IMG/VR virus record: IMGVR_UViG_3300027815_000019
Span: 1-26,910 of that record
Source: a virus
Taxonomy: Duplodnaviria; Caudoviricetes
Reading direction: 5' to 3' (one strand)
DNA length: 26,910 nucleotides
Shown: positions 6,594-14,593 of the stretch, in pieces
How positions within the stretch are numbered: position 1 is the first letter of the stretch
Layout of the letters: the number at the start of each line of letters is the position of its first letter
Program-made: the position numbers and the translations under genes
Notes under the pieces: model-generated
What the model saw: the letters and a program-made list of their open reading frames with translations, nothing else
What the model was told of the DNA's origin: nothing
Databases searched by the model: none

Positions 6594-8510
6594 ATGCCGC
6601 AGAGCGACACGATGCGCGACCGGGCAGTAACCCTTGCGCAACAAGGCTTCCGCGTTTTCAAGCTGCGTATTGGCTCCAAGCTGCCGGCCATAGAGGACTG
6701 GCCGAATCAAGCGACAAACGACCCGGAGAAGGTCCACGATGCGTGGTCTTGCCCCGCCACAGGTGAATCGCTCGACAACAACATCGGCCTGCTGACAGAC
6801 GGCCTCCTTGTGCTCGACGTTGACACGAAGAACGGAAAGCAGGGAGTGCAATCACTTGAGAGCCTTACCGATTTATTGGGCCTAAGCACCGAAACAAGGG
6901 CATCGGTAAGCCCGACCGGCGGCCAGCACCTGTTCTACAAGAAGCCGCCAGGGCTCTACATCCCGTCGCGCGCCGAAGTGCTCGGCTCAGGGCTAGACAT
7001 CAGATCGGATAAGGGATTTGTCGTCGCCGCTGGCTCTATCATCGGCGGCGTGCCCTACCGCTGGACGCGCGAGCAGGAACCACTCGACGCCCCGGAATGG
7101 CTGCTGAAGGCATGCGCCGCGGGGCCGCGGCCAGTGGAGCGCGATGTGCTGCCGCTGGTAGACCTCGACGAACCGGATGCAATCCGGCGATCGATCGAGT
7201 GGCTGGTCCACCGATCCCCTAAGGCCATCTATGGGCAGGGCGGCGATACGACCACGTTCCGCGTGGCGTGCCGCGTGAAGGACTTCGGCATCAGCGAGCC
7301 GCAGTGCGCCGAACTTATGCGCAATCACTGGAACGAGGCCAAGGCCCATCCGATATGGGATCCGGGCGAACTCGCAGACAAGGTCGCCCACGCCTATAAA
7401 TATGGGAAGCTGCCGCCGGGGATTGCCAGTGCAGCAGCGGATTTCGAGGCGGTAGAGATCGACGTGGGGCACCCGCGCGAGAGTTTGGCAAACGCCTCAA
7501 AAGCACCACCGGGCCAGCTCCGCGCATACAACTTCACCGATGCGCGAGACGCCGTCACGACGAACGACTACCTCATAAAGGGCCTGCTGAACCAGAAGAA
7601 CATGGCCGTCATTTACGGCGCGCCGGGAAGCGGCAAAACATTCGTCGCGCTCGACATGGCCTACAGCATCGCCCGCGGTGCGAAGTTCCAGGGGCGGCGC
7701 ACACAGCAGGGCCTTGTGGTCTACTTCGCGCTTGAGGGCCAAGACCGCTTTAAGAACCGCTTGGCAGCGCTGCACCGGCACCGGCCGGTAGGGGAGGGCG
7801 CGCGCGTACCGCTACGCATAGTCCACGGGCGGCTGAACGTGCGGCTTGGCGCTGATATGGCCCTTATGAAGGATCAGGTGCGCGCGGCCGAAGCAGAGTT
7901 TGGCGTGCCGTGCCGCCTGATAATCGTTGATACGCTGTCGCAGGCGGCGCCAGGCTTCGACGAAAACTCGTCCAAGGAAATGTCGGAGGCGATCAGTAGC
8001 GGCGCCGCCTTATCCCAGCACCTAGGCTGTACCTTCGCCTACATTCACCACACCGGCAAGAATGCCAAGAACGGGCCGCGCGGCCACTCCGTTCTTTCAG
8101 GGAACATCGACACCAGCATTCTTGTCGAGCCTGGGTTTTTGACCGCGGGCAAGGAACGTGACGAGGAAACCGGCGTTCGCTACCGCTTCCGGCTGAAAGT
8201 CCTGGAACTCGGCCGGGATCAGGACGGCGACCCGATCAGATCGTGCGTGATCGAATGGCTGACCGCCAGCGAGTTCGAGCGGCTGGAACTGACGCCCGTT
8301 GAATCAACCGTGTTCGAAGCCATTGATCTCGCGATATATGACGCCTGCGAGGAGACCGGGGCGGCGCCGGCAGATTTCGATTTCGATATTGCCTTCGTTA
8401 AGGAGAATGTTTCGGACGTCAGCCACTCACACCTGTACCGCCACATGAAGGCAATCGTCGAGAAAGCGTACCTAAAAAAGATCAAGCACGGCCGTTGGGC
8501 GCTGGCGTAA
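6594..8510 (+). CDS. Bifunctional primase-polymerase (Prim-Pol) fused to an AAA_25/RepA-like helicase
   Basis: NIGLLT..LLVLDVD and SPTGGQHLFY (Prim-Pol). GAPGSGKT (Walker A), IIVDTL (Walker B), HHTGK and RGHS. Confidence 0.9.
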   Translation: MPQSDTMRDRAVTLAQQGFRVFKLRIGSKLPAIEDWPNQATNDPEKVHDAWSCPATGESLDNNIGLLTDGLLVLDVDTKNGKQGVQSLESLTDLLGLSTETRASVSPTGGQHLFYKKPPGLYIPSRAEVLGSGLDIRSDKGFVVAAGSIIGGVPYRWTREQEPLDAPEWLLKACAAGPRPVERDVLPLVDLDEPDAIRRSIEWLVHRSPKAIYGQGGDTTTFRVACRVKDFGISEPQCAELMRNHWNEAKAHPIWDPGELADKVAHAYKYGKLPPGIASAAADFEAVEIDVGHPRESLANASKAPPGQLRAYNFTDARDAVTTNDYLIKGLLNQKNMAVIYGAPGSGKTFVALDMAYSIARGAKFQGRRTQQGLVVYFALEGQDRFKNRLAALHRHRPVGEGARVPLRIVHGRLNVRLGADMALMKDQVRAAEAEFGVPCRLIIVDTLSQAAPGFDENSSKEMSEAISSGAALSQHLGCTFAYIHHTGKNAKNGPRGHSVLSGNIDTSILVEPGFLTAGKERDEETGVRYRFRLKVLELGRDQDGDPIRSCVIEWLTASEFERLELTPVESTVFEAIDLAIYDACEETGAAPADFDFDIAFVKENVSDVSHSHLYRHMKAIVEKAYLKKIKHGRWALA

Positions 8511-8519
8511 GCAGCATGG

Positions 8520-8790
8520 ATATTAAAAATTTAGGCGGGGACAAACCCCCTGTTTTCTTCGATAATAAAAGAAAATATCATGAGAATATCGATGAGAATC
8601 TACAAAAAAAGATAGCGATATTCTCATGCCAAATTTTGCCGATAATATCATCCGTGAGAATATTCTCATTTTATAAACTCGTTTGTATTCAACGGTATAT
8701 CGTTCAAATTATCATAAATGAGAATATGCTTTTTTGGCCCGGCACCAAATTCTCATTTTCCCCTCCCCCCTTAAGGGGAGGGAAATGAAA
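8520..8790. other. Candidate replication origin (AT-rich, iteron-like octamers, hairpin)
   Basis: Seven (A/G)TGAGAAT copies in both orientations (8580, 8592, 8620, 8654, 8662, 8718, 8749) and a C/G hairpin at 8757-8785, directly after the primase-helicase gene. Confidence 0.65.
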
Positions 8791-8826
8791 TGCCCAAACA
8801 AAATAGGAGCCTAAAAGTTAAAGCCA

Positions 8827-9402
8827 ATGCAGCACGGATTCCATTTGATTCAGAATAGCGGCGGCCAAAACCGGAAAACCAAAACCTTGGCAAAACGAGC
8901 TAAAAGCATTCTTGAGAAATTGCTGCGGCGGGCGCGGCGGCCGATCGACCCGGCGTCGCTAGCCCGCCGGCGGCCGCGGCTGCCGCCGGGGAGCGCCGCG
9001 GGGCTGTGGCATTGGCGGAGGCTTAAGAAGGCGCGGGAGGACAAGCGGCGGCGCTTGCAACTGGCAGCGGCGGCGCTACGTGACGCGAGGCGGCGCGAAG
9101 CAGCGGCGGCGCGGCGTGCGGTGCGATCATCCGTGCCGTGCCTGGAACGGCTTTTGGCGGCCATGGCGCCGGGGGAGTGGTACGGCGCCGCGGAGCTCGG
9201 CCGCGCGGCCGAGCTGACGCGCAACAGCCTGCACGCTACGCTATATCAGAGGGCGGTTAGGCGCGCCCTGGTCGAGCGCGGGATTAACGGCGCGTACGAT
9301 AATCGGCTGCATGCGGCACAGCAGCCGACTATGGAGCCGCGGTACTTGTGGCGGTTGACTAAGGCGGGGGAGGCGGCGAGAGTCAGTGCAATGGGGGGTT
9401 AA
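8827..9402 (+). CDS. Arg-rich protein with a probable C-terminal winged HTH
   Basis: LLAAMAPGEWYGAAELGRAAELTRNSL...YLWRLTKAGE. Start codon uncertain. Confidence 0.6.
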   Translation: MQHGFHLIQNSGGQNRKTKTLAKRAKSILEKLLRRARRPIDPASLARRRPRLPPGSAAGLWHWRRLKKAREDKRRRLQLAAAALRDARRREAAAARRAVRSSVPCLERLLAAMAPGEWYGAAELGRAAELTRNSLHATLYQRAVRRALVERGINGAYDNRLHAAQQPTMEPRYLWRLTKAGEAARVSAMGG

Positions 9403-9678
9403 ATGCGCGCCATTTATTTCGCTGCACTGGCTTTTACGCTTTCGGCTTGCGCCGATGACGTGAAGGCGGATATGGCTAAATGCAATTTAAGCGCCAGTAC
9501 CAGCGGCGCATACGGCACGTCGCGGGACTTCCATGTCAGGTTATGCATGGAAGCGGCAGGATATGATGTATTGTGCGATTGGTATTTGTCAGACTGTTAC
9601 CGGTCACGCGGCTATTTGTCGCAGGCTAAGCAGATTGTTATTGACGCTGTGAAAGATAATGAAAAGCCCCGGCGTTAA
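9403..9678 (+). CDS. Predicted lipoprotein
   Basis: Signal peptide with lipobox MRAIYFAALAFTLSA-C. RBS GGGGG. Confidence 0.7.
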   Translation: MRAIYFAALAFTLSACADDVKADMAKCNLSASTSGAYGTSRDFHVRLCMEAAGYDVLCDWYLSDCYRSRGYLSQAKQIVIDAVKDNEKPRR

Positions 9679-9689
9679 CCGGGGCTTTT
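9662..9689. terminator. Bidirectional intrinsic terminator
   Basis: AAAAGCCCCGG-cgttaa-CCGGGGCTTTT between convergent genes. Confidence 0.85.
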
Positions 9690-9707
9690 GGTACGTTTGC
9701 CGGGTGT

Positions 9708-9893
9708 CTAGCGGGCGAAATGCCGGACGAGGCACCTTGCGAGGTCGAGCGGCAGCCAGCCATCGACCAGCGCCATTTTGTTCTGCTCCGTCACAATTTC
9801 AAATTGCATACGGATATCTGGTGTTTGCGCCGCCAGCGCATCGCTGGCCTGGACGGTCGTGTGGCGAGTCGTCACGTAGGTTTGCTTGCGCAT
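9708..9893 (-). CDS. Hypothetical protein (61 aa)
   Basis: ATG 9893 (MRKQTYVTTRH) preceded by AAGG; the ORF ends just before the terminator. Confidence 0.55.
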   Translation of the reverse strand: MRKQTYVTTRHTTVQASDALAAQTPDIRMQFEIVTEQNKMALVDGWLPLDLARCLVRHFAR

Positions 9894-10085
9894 CGGTTTT
9901 TGCCTTTCGGGCTGTGAGCGATCCAGGCGCGAAATGACCGAACCTAGACGGCCCCGCGCGTCTTTAGGCTTGCGCCCTGGACATGCACGCGCGGCCCCTG
10001 GACCTAGCAGTGTGGTAGCCGACTGACCGGAACGGTTTCGGCCAAGTTTCGGGCTTTCGGCCCGTGCGCTCATACGCGCACGGGC
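9894..10085 (-). ncRNA. Candidate structured RNA or 5' leader (no family recognised)
   Basis: Nested helices and GAAA/GCAA-capped hairpins, downstream of a TTGACA at 10100-10095. Confidence 0.35.
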
Positions 10086-10096
10086 TTGTTTATTTG

Positions 10097-10780
10097 TCAA
10101 GCCGGAATGAATGCGTGCGCGCTGTTCAACTTGTACGGCTTATCCGCTTCGATTCCATTTTCGCCGGCGTAGGCAATGGCGTGGCGATAGCGCGAGCCGT
10201 CGAAAAATTTAAGCATCAAGGTGCCGCAGGCGCCAGCCGTCGCGGTGCCGCGGATGCCAGCCGTCGCGGTGCCGTTGTCGCCAGCCGTCGCGGTGCCGCC
10301 GTAACCAGCCGTCGCGGTGCCGTAGCTGCCAGCTCTCGCGGTGCCGTTGTCGCCAGCCGTCGCGGTGCCGTAGGGGCCAGCCATCGCGGTGCCGTAGGGG
10401 CCAGCCATCGCGGTGCCGTCGTCGTCAGCCGTCGCTATTAAAAACGGAATCGCAAGATTGCGCGGCGCGGCTGCCGCGAGGAGTGCAGCGGCCTTATCAC
10501 GCGCCCCTTCGAACAAGAGCGTACATTCAGGGAATTTATGCTTTCCGCCGAGGTCAATAGCAGCGGAACCTGTATATTCGACAACCTGGAAAACAGAATC
10601 AGCGTGGAGATTGAGCAAAGATAAGTCGCCTTGACCCCATGGCAGCCCGTGGAGTCCGTTGCCACACAATGCGGCCGGTTGCCAGTCCGGCGCCTTGACG
10701 ATGGAGCCAATTTTACGGGGCCACTTGAATCCGTTGTAGCTCTTACGGTCTTTGTCAACCGTGCGCAGATAAAGTGTCAT
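10097..10780 (-). CDS. DUF7666-like phage protein with 8-aa ATAGxxGT repeats
   Basis: SYNGFKWP...CGNGLHG N-terminal domain, nine octapeptide repeats, C-terminal GENGIEADKPYKL. RBS GGGAG. Confidence 0.75.
   Translation of the reverse strand: MTLYLRTVDKDRKSYNGFKWPRKIGSIVKAPDWQPAALCGNGLHGLPWGQGDLSLLNLHADSVFQVVEYTGSAAIDLGGKHKFPECTLLFEGARDKAAALLAAAAPRNLAIPFLIATADDDGTAMAGPYGTAMAGPYGTATAGDNGTARAGSYGTATAGYGGTATAGDNGTATAGIRGTATAGACGTLMLKFFDGSRYRHAIAYAGENGIEADKPYKLNSAHAFIPA
10220..10435. repeat. 24-bp tandem repeat, nine units (coding)
   Basis: Units GCCAGCCGTCGCGGTGCC-N6 encoding ATAGxxGT. Confidence 0.9.
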
Positions 10781-10794
10781 GGCTGTTAGACTCC

Positions 10795-10878
10795 CTATGA
10801 TGTGGCGAGGACGGTTAAGGCGATCATGTACGCGGCGAAGGCGAGCCAGCGGGCGGCGTGGTACAGGGCTGTTGTCAT
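10795..10878 (-). CDS. Small membrane peptide (27 aa)
   Basis: MTTALYHAARWLAFAAYMIALTVLATS, with an ATGA overlap with the upstream gene. Confidence 0.5.
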   Translation of the reverse strand: MTTALYHAARWLAFAAYMIALTVLATS

Positions 10879-11105
10879 GCGCGCGTACCTCTGATTGGCC
10901 CGTTGTAGATTTCGTGATGTGAGCCTGCGCCGTTGGTGTGCAGCGCAAGGCAAATGCGTGCCATGTCCACTCCGTCCTTTTCGTAAAGATCGACGCACAC
11001 CGCGCCTTGCCATGATGCCGCTGTTATCTGCAAACCGGATGATTTGCCGCCGAGTCGTGATGCTTCGCCGCGTGCGCCTTGTATAGTTCCGCGAAAGTGA
11101 GCCAT
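10875..11105 (-). CDS. Hypothetical phage protein (76 aa)
   Basis: MAHFRGTIQGARGEASRLG. RBS AAGGA lies within the repeated element. Confidence 0.7.
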   Translation of the reverse strand: MAHFRGTIQGARGEASRLGGKSSGLQITAASWQGAVCVDLYEKDGVDMARICLALHTNGAGSHHEIYNGPIRGTRA

Positions 11106-11106
11106 G

Positions 11107-11143
11107 TGTCTTTCCTTTATGTTCGGATGATTCGACAAGTCAG
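11107..11143. repeat. Intergenic direct repeat, copy 1 (diverged)
   Basis: TGTCTTTCCTTTATGTTCGGATGATTCGACAAGTCAG, related to the copies at 12363 and 13379. Confidence 0.8.
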
Positions 11144-11163
11144 GCGAGATAAAGGCGCGGTCG

Positions 11164-12360
11164 TTAAATGCGCTTCGGCATCAGGACAAAACTGACGCCC
11201 CTATCCGCATCGCCGGCACCACGGATCAGCGCGGGCGAACCGGAATCGGCAAGCATGAAAGCGACCGAGTCGGATTCGACGTTGGCCAGGATGCTGCGGA
11301 GGTATTCGGAGTTGAATCCGATATCCATCGGGTCGCTGGCGTAGTCGCACGCCAGATCGGCCGATGCTGAACCGGTATCAGGGTCCATGCTGCAGAGGCG
11401 CAACCGGGAGTCCGTCATGCTCAGTTTGACGGATCGGCCGCGCTCCGGTGACAGCATCATCACTTGCTTGATGCTGGTATCCAGCGACTCGACAGCGATT
11501 GTCATTCGCTTGTCATTGCCGGACGGAACTACGCGCGCATAGTTGGGAAATGTGCCATTAATCAGCTTGGATGTGATGACGATATCGCCGATCACGAATT
11601 GTGACAGGCCGTCGCCGAGTCTGATCGTGACAGTTTCCGGCGCGCCCTTGCCGCGCGCCGCGTAGATCAGTTCCGCAACGGTTTGGCGGGGAACGATGAC
11701 GCCCGGCATTCCGGCGGAGCTCTCCGGAGCGGCGATATCGGCTATCGCCATTTTGTGGCCATCGGTCGCCACGAAGCGCAGTGTGCCGGGAGCGCCGTTG
11801 TGCATAAATACGCCATTGAGATAGTACCGGGTTTCCTCCGTCGAGATAGCGAACTCAGTCCGTTTCAAGGCGCGGACAAAATCAGCCGTGCGGAGAGTGA
11901 ATTCGTGCGCCCACGAGCCGGCGACAATCTGCGGGAAATCAACTGTTGGTAGAGTGTTCAGCATGACCTTGAGTCCGCTGAAGTCGAGAACCGCCATGCT
12001 GGCACCGGCCGTGATCGTCACGGTATCGCCCGCCTTGGCTTCCTTCAAGACCTTGGCCAGCACGTGAGCCGGAACCGTCACGGCGAAATTGGGCGCCACG
12101 GCGCCGGCCACCGGACAGGAAATCTCCCGGTCCAGATCGCTGCAGCGCAGGATCAATCCGGCGCCCGTTGCCTGTAGCAAGACATTGGCCAAGATCGGAA
12201 TCGACTTGCGATCCGCCGCCGCGCGGGCCACGGCATTGACCGCGGCGGAAAGTAGCGCGCGGCCCACAACAGCGGCCGCCGGGGCCGTTGGTAATGGCGG
12301 AGCGGCGGCAAGATCGCTTGAGTATGGGTGTGAAGCGGTGCTAAGGTCTGGTTTTGTCAT
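11164..12360 (-). CDS. dnaN: DNA polymerase III beta subunit (sliding clamp), phage-encoded
   Basis: IPILANVLL, SDLD, STEETRYYLNG, ATDGH, SKLINGTFPNY, IGFNSEYL and C-terminal VLMPKR. Confidence 0.92.
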   Translation of the reverse strand: MTKPDLSTASHPYSSDLAAAPPLPTAPAAAVVGRALLSAAVNAVARAAADRKSIPILANVLLQATGAGLILRCSDLDREISCPVAGAVAPNFAVTVPAHVLAKVLKEAKAGDTVTITAGASMAVLDFSGLKVMLNTLPTVDFPQIVAGSWAHEFTLRTADFVRALKRTEFAISTEETRYYLNGVFMHNGAPGTLRFVATDGHKMAIADIAAPESSAGMPGVIVPRQTVAELIYAARGKGAPETVTIRLGDGLSQFVIGDIVITSKLINGTFPNYARVVPSGNDKRMTIAVESLDTSIKQVMMLSPERGRSVKLSMTDSRLRLCSMDPDTGSASADLACDYASDPMDIGFNSEYLRSILANVESDSVAFMLADSGSPALIRGAGDADRGVSFVLMPKRI

Positions 12361-12362
12361 TA

Positions 12363-12399
12363 TGTCTCTCCGTTGTGTTCTGATGATTCGACAAGTCAG
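12363..12399. repeat. Intergenic direct repeat, copy 2
   Basis: TGTCTCTCCGTTGTGTTCTGATGATTCGACAAGTCAG; the first 31 nt are identical to 13379-13409. Confidence 0.9.
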
Positions 12400-12800
12400 T
12401 AGAGGTAAATCAGTCCATCGCCGCCGCGGTACAGGTCTATGAAGTCGAATTGCCTAGCGGCTTCCGTGAGGGCCGTTGCGTGCGGCTCGGACCAGTCACC
12501 GTCCCAAAATCCGCAGCCGTGGCCGTTGCGCGTGTACCAAAAATCGCGGCCGGCGTGTTCATAATCAAACCATTGCGATTTGAAAGCGTCCGTCGCCTGG
12601 AACGCCGCGCAGTCTTTGGCTATGCATTCCCATGATTCCGGGGCCAGCTCCGCGACGTTTGCGTGCTGTAGTTCGCCGTCTTCCAAGTCGCCGGTTTCCG
12701 TGAAAAACATCGCCTCCACATAGCCGCGCGTGAACGGATCAAGCGCGCAGTATTGTTCCGATGCTTGTGGCGTGCCGTGGTTGAGAATGAATTCAGGCAT
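12396..12800 (-). CDS. Conserved hypothetical phage protein
   Basis: 134-aa ORF containing AGRDFWYTRNGHGCGFWD. RBS GGAGG. Confidence 0.8.
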   Translation of the reverse strand: MPEFILNHGTPQASEQYCALDPFTRGYVEAMFFTETGDLEDGELQHANVAELAPESWECIAKDCAAFQATDAFKSQWFDYEHAGRDFWYTRNGHGCGFWDGDWSEPHATALTEAARQFDFIDLYRGGDGLIYLY

Positions 12801-12803
12801 GGC

Positions 12804-13136
12804 TCAATCCTCCAAATCGCACGGGGGACACCAATCGTCACCGTCTGGATGCAAGCAATCCGCGACCGATGGAAAGCGCGACAACGACCACGATCGAATG
12901 ACGCGCCGATTGCCCTGGTGCCGTTCGATTACGAGATCCGCTTGCGCAAGCGTTGCGTGCTGAAAGTCACCGTCATTCACTGCGCAGAGCACATGGTCGC
13001 GGAGTGTTCCCGGCTCGGACCAAAGTTTGTCCTGCCGCGCGATGTTGTAGCAGAGCGGTTTGAAGCATTCGCCGCAGCCGGGCTGCCAAATTTGGCCGAC
13101 GATGAAACCGTGTATGCTGATGCTAGTTATCGGCAT
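12804..13136 (-). CDS. Hypothetical protein (110 aa)
   Basis: ATG 13136 (MPITSISIHGFIVG) with RBS GGAG; packs tightly between its neighbours. Confidence 0.7.
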   Translation of the reverse strand: MPITSISIHGFIVGQIWQPGCGECFKPLCYNIARQDKLWSEPGTLRDHVLCAVNDGDFQHATLAQADLVIERHQGNRRVIRSWSLSRFPSVADCLHPDGDDWCPPCDLED

Positions 13137-13140
13137 GGCG

Positions 13141-13377
13141 CTACACTCCAACGAATGAAACAGGAGTCGCGTTATCGCCCCGGGGTAGTCCGAGCTCTTG
13201 CCGCAAATAGTTTGCGAGTACCGGCCGCGCGGGGTCCGGGAGGCCAATGGCGATTCTTGCGCCCAGTTTTGTGTGGCGCGGGTAGCGCAGTTGAATGTGC
13301 GATTCATCGCCTTCGATCCAGCAAGAGCATGAAAGTGTGGAGTAGCTTGCTTTCCATTTCTGGTTAAAGGTTCGCAT
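13141..13377 (-). CDS. Hypothetical protein (78 aa)
   Basis: ATG 13377 directly after repeat copy 3, which supplies the GGAGA RBS. Confidence 0.65.
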   Translation of the reverse strand: MRTFNQKWKASYSTLSCSCWIEGDESHIQLRYPRHTKLGARIAIGLPDPARPVLANYLRQELGLPRGDNATPVSFVGV

Positions 13378-13378
13378 G

Positions 13379-13409
13379 TGTCTCTCCGTTGTGTTCTGAT
13401 GATTCGACA
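13379..13409. repeat. Intergenic direct repeat, copy 3
   Basis: 31 nt identical to 12363-12393. Confidence 0.9.
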
Positions 13410-13560
13410 TTGCGATCACGGCGATGTTCACGCCATGGCCGCTTGCGCTCTTGCGCGTGGTCGGCGCGCGGTGGCGCGTCATCCCTGCTTCTGCGAACAT
13501 GCATTGGCTCAAAAGCCGGAAGGCATTCGAGGGAGTCCAGGTCTAGGGTGCGCATTGGCG

Positions 13561-13785
13561 TTAGTCTGTTGTGCGATGTTGCAAGGCGCCGCTCGCAACG
13601 TCGATTGCGTGGCGCAAGCGCGACGCGGCTGCGACTAGGCTGCGATAGCGGGAAGATTGTTTACCATCATAGAGAGACCAGCCAGGATTTTCGAATGTGA
13701 TGGTGATAGCTGGCTGCGCAAGTGCGCGATAGCGTGATGGGCTTTCGGTGGTGAAGGCGAGGCCGGCGATGGTGCGTGTTGTCAT
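13561..13785 (-). CDS. Hypothetical protein (74 aa), first gene of the leftward cluster
   Basis: RBS AGGTG before ATG 13785, with a promoter upstream. Confidence 0.65.
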   Translation of the reverse strand: MTTRTIAGLAFTTESPSRYRALAQPAITITFENPGWSLYDGKQSSRYRSLVAAASRLRHAIDVASGALQHRTTD

Positions 13786-13794
13786 GTGTCACCT

Positions 13795-13900
13795 ATAAGC
13801 GGCGCGGGATTGCCCCGCGTATAACGACAATGTGCACAACATTCTACAATTGTCAACGCCTAATGTAGAATATTGTCGAATGACGCGAGGGCGCGTAGAT
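13795..13900. promoter_or_regulatory. Divergent promoter region between the accessory cluster and terS
   Basis: Minus-strand TTGACA at 13856-13851, inside nested inverted repeats ATTCTACA/TGTAGAAT (13841/13864) and CGACAAT/ATTGTCG (13825/13872). Confidence 0.6.
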
Positions 13901-13907
13901 TGTCGCC

Positions 13908-14411
13908 ATGAACCGCAACGACATAACCACATTGAAGCTTTCCAAAAAAGAGCGGGCTTTCGTTTCTGCATTAGTCGAAGGGGGTGAGCCAACGGCCGCG
14001 GCCCTAAAATCGGGGTACGCGGAATCGGACGCGGCGACGGCCGGATGGGAGATGATGCACGCCCGGCGCATCGCCGCGGCAATTGACATTGAGATAAAGC
14101 GCGCCCTGGTCGCCGGCGCGGCCGTCGCCTCGCGGTTCCTGGTTAAGACTGTCAAAGACGAGACGGCGCCGGCCGGCGTGCGGGTGCAGGCAGCTAACTC
14201 GCTGCTCGACCGAGCTGGCTATGTGGCGCCGCGTCAGGACGCGCCGCGCGACGGCTCACGGCCTCTGACCGATCAATCTATCGACGAGCTCCGGACCCTG
14301 GTTGACCGGCTAGAGCGTGAGCGTGGCAGCAGCGCAAAGGACGTGACGCGCGGGGTTTTGCAGCATGGAAAGCCGTCTATCGGCGCAGAAACAACGGACA
14401 TATATGATTGA
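13908..14411 (+). CDS. Probable terminase small subunit
   Basis: N-terminal HTH LSKKERAFVSALVEGGEPTAAALKSGY; VRVQAANSLLDRAG. First gene of the rightward structural region. Confidence 0.7.
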   Translation: MNRNDITTLKLSKKERAFVSALVEGGEPTAAALKSGYAESDAATAGWEMMHARRIAAAIDIEIKRALVAGAAVASRFLVKTVKDETAPAGVRVQAANSLLDRAGYVAPRQDAPRDGSRPLTDQSIDELRTLVDRLERERGSSAKDVTRGVLQHGKPSIGAETTDIYD

Positions 14412-14593
14412 TCCTCGCCCAGCTAAGGCGGTGACAACGGCACGGCGCGGCATTGAGTGTGTCGCCAGGCCAGCACCCGCCCCCTGGGGAGGGGGTTGGC
14501 TCGCCGCGGCCGCCATTCGCGGAGCCGACTCGGGAAATTTTTTGGCGCTGGCGGACCTTTTCGACATTTGTCGAATAACAGGGAAAATGAAAA

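Noticed and set aside
8495-8788. 97-aa ORF over the AT-rich region
   Set aside because: Its composition is dictated by the octamer repeats and is unlike the other genes; it is better explained as a non-coding origin.
10220-10435. CRISPR-like array
   Set aside because: The variable parts are only 6 nt, the units are in-frame coding repeats, and no cas genes are present.
12380-12400. CTGATGA in the direct repeats as a hammerhead ribozyme core
   Set aside because: No stem II followed by GAAA, it lies antisense to the local transcription direction, and the copy at 11107 reads CGGATGA.
13364-13555. 63-aa ORF or a second structured RNA
   Set aside because: No clear RBS, the frame runs through the repeat element, and the helices are short for such GC-rich DNA. 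Left unannotated but not excluded.
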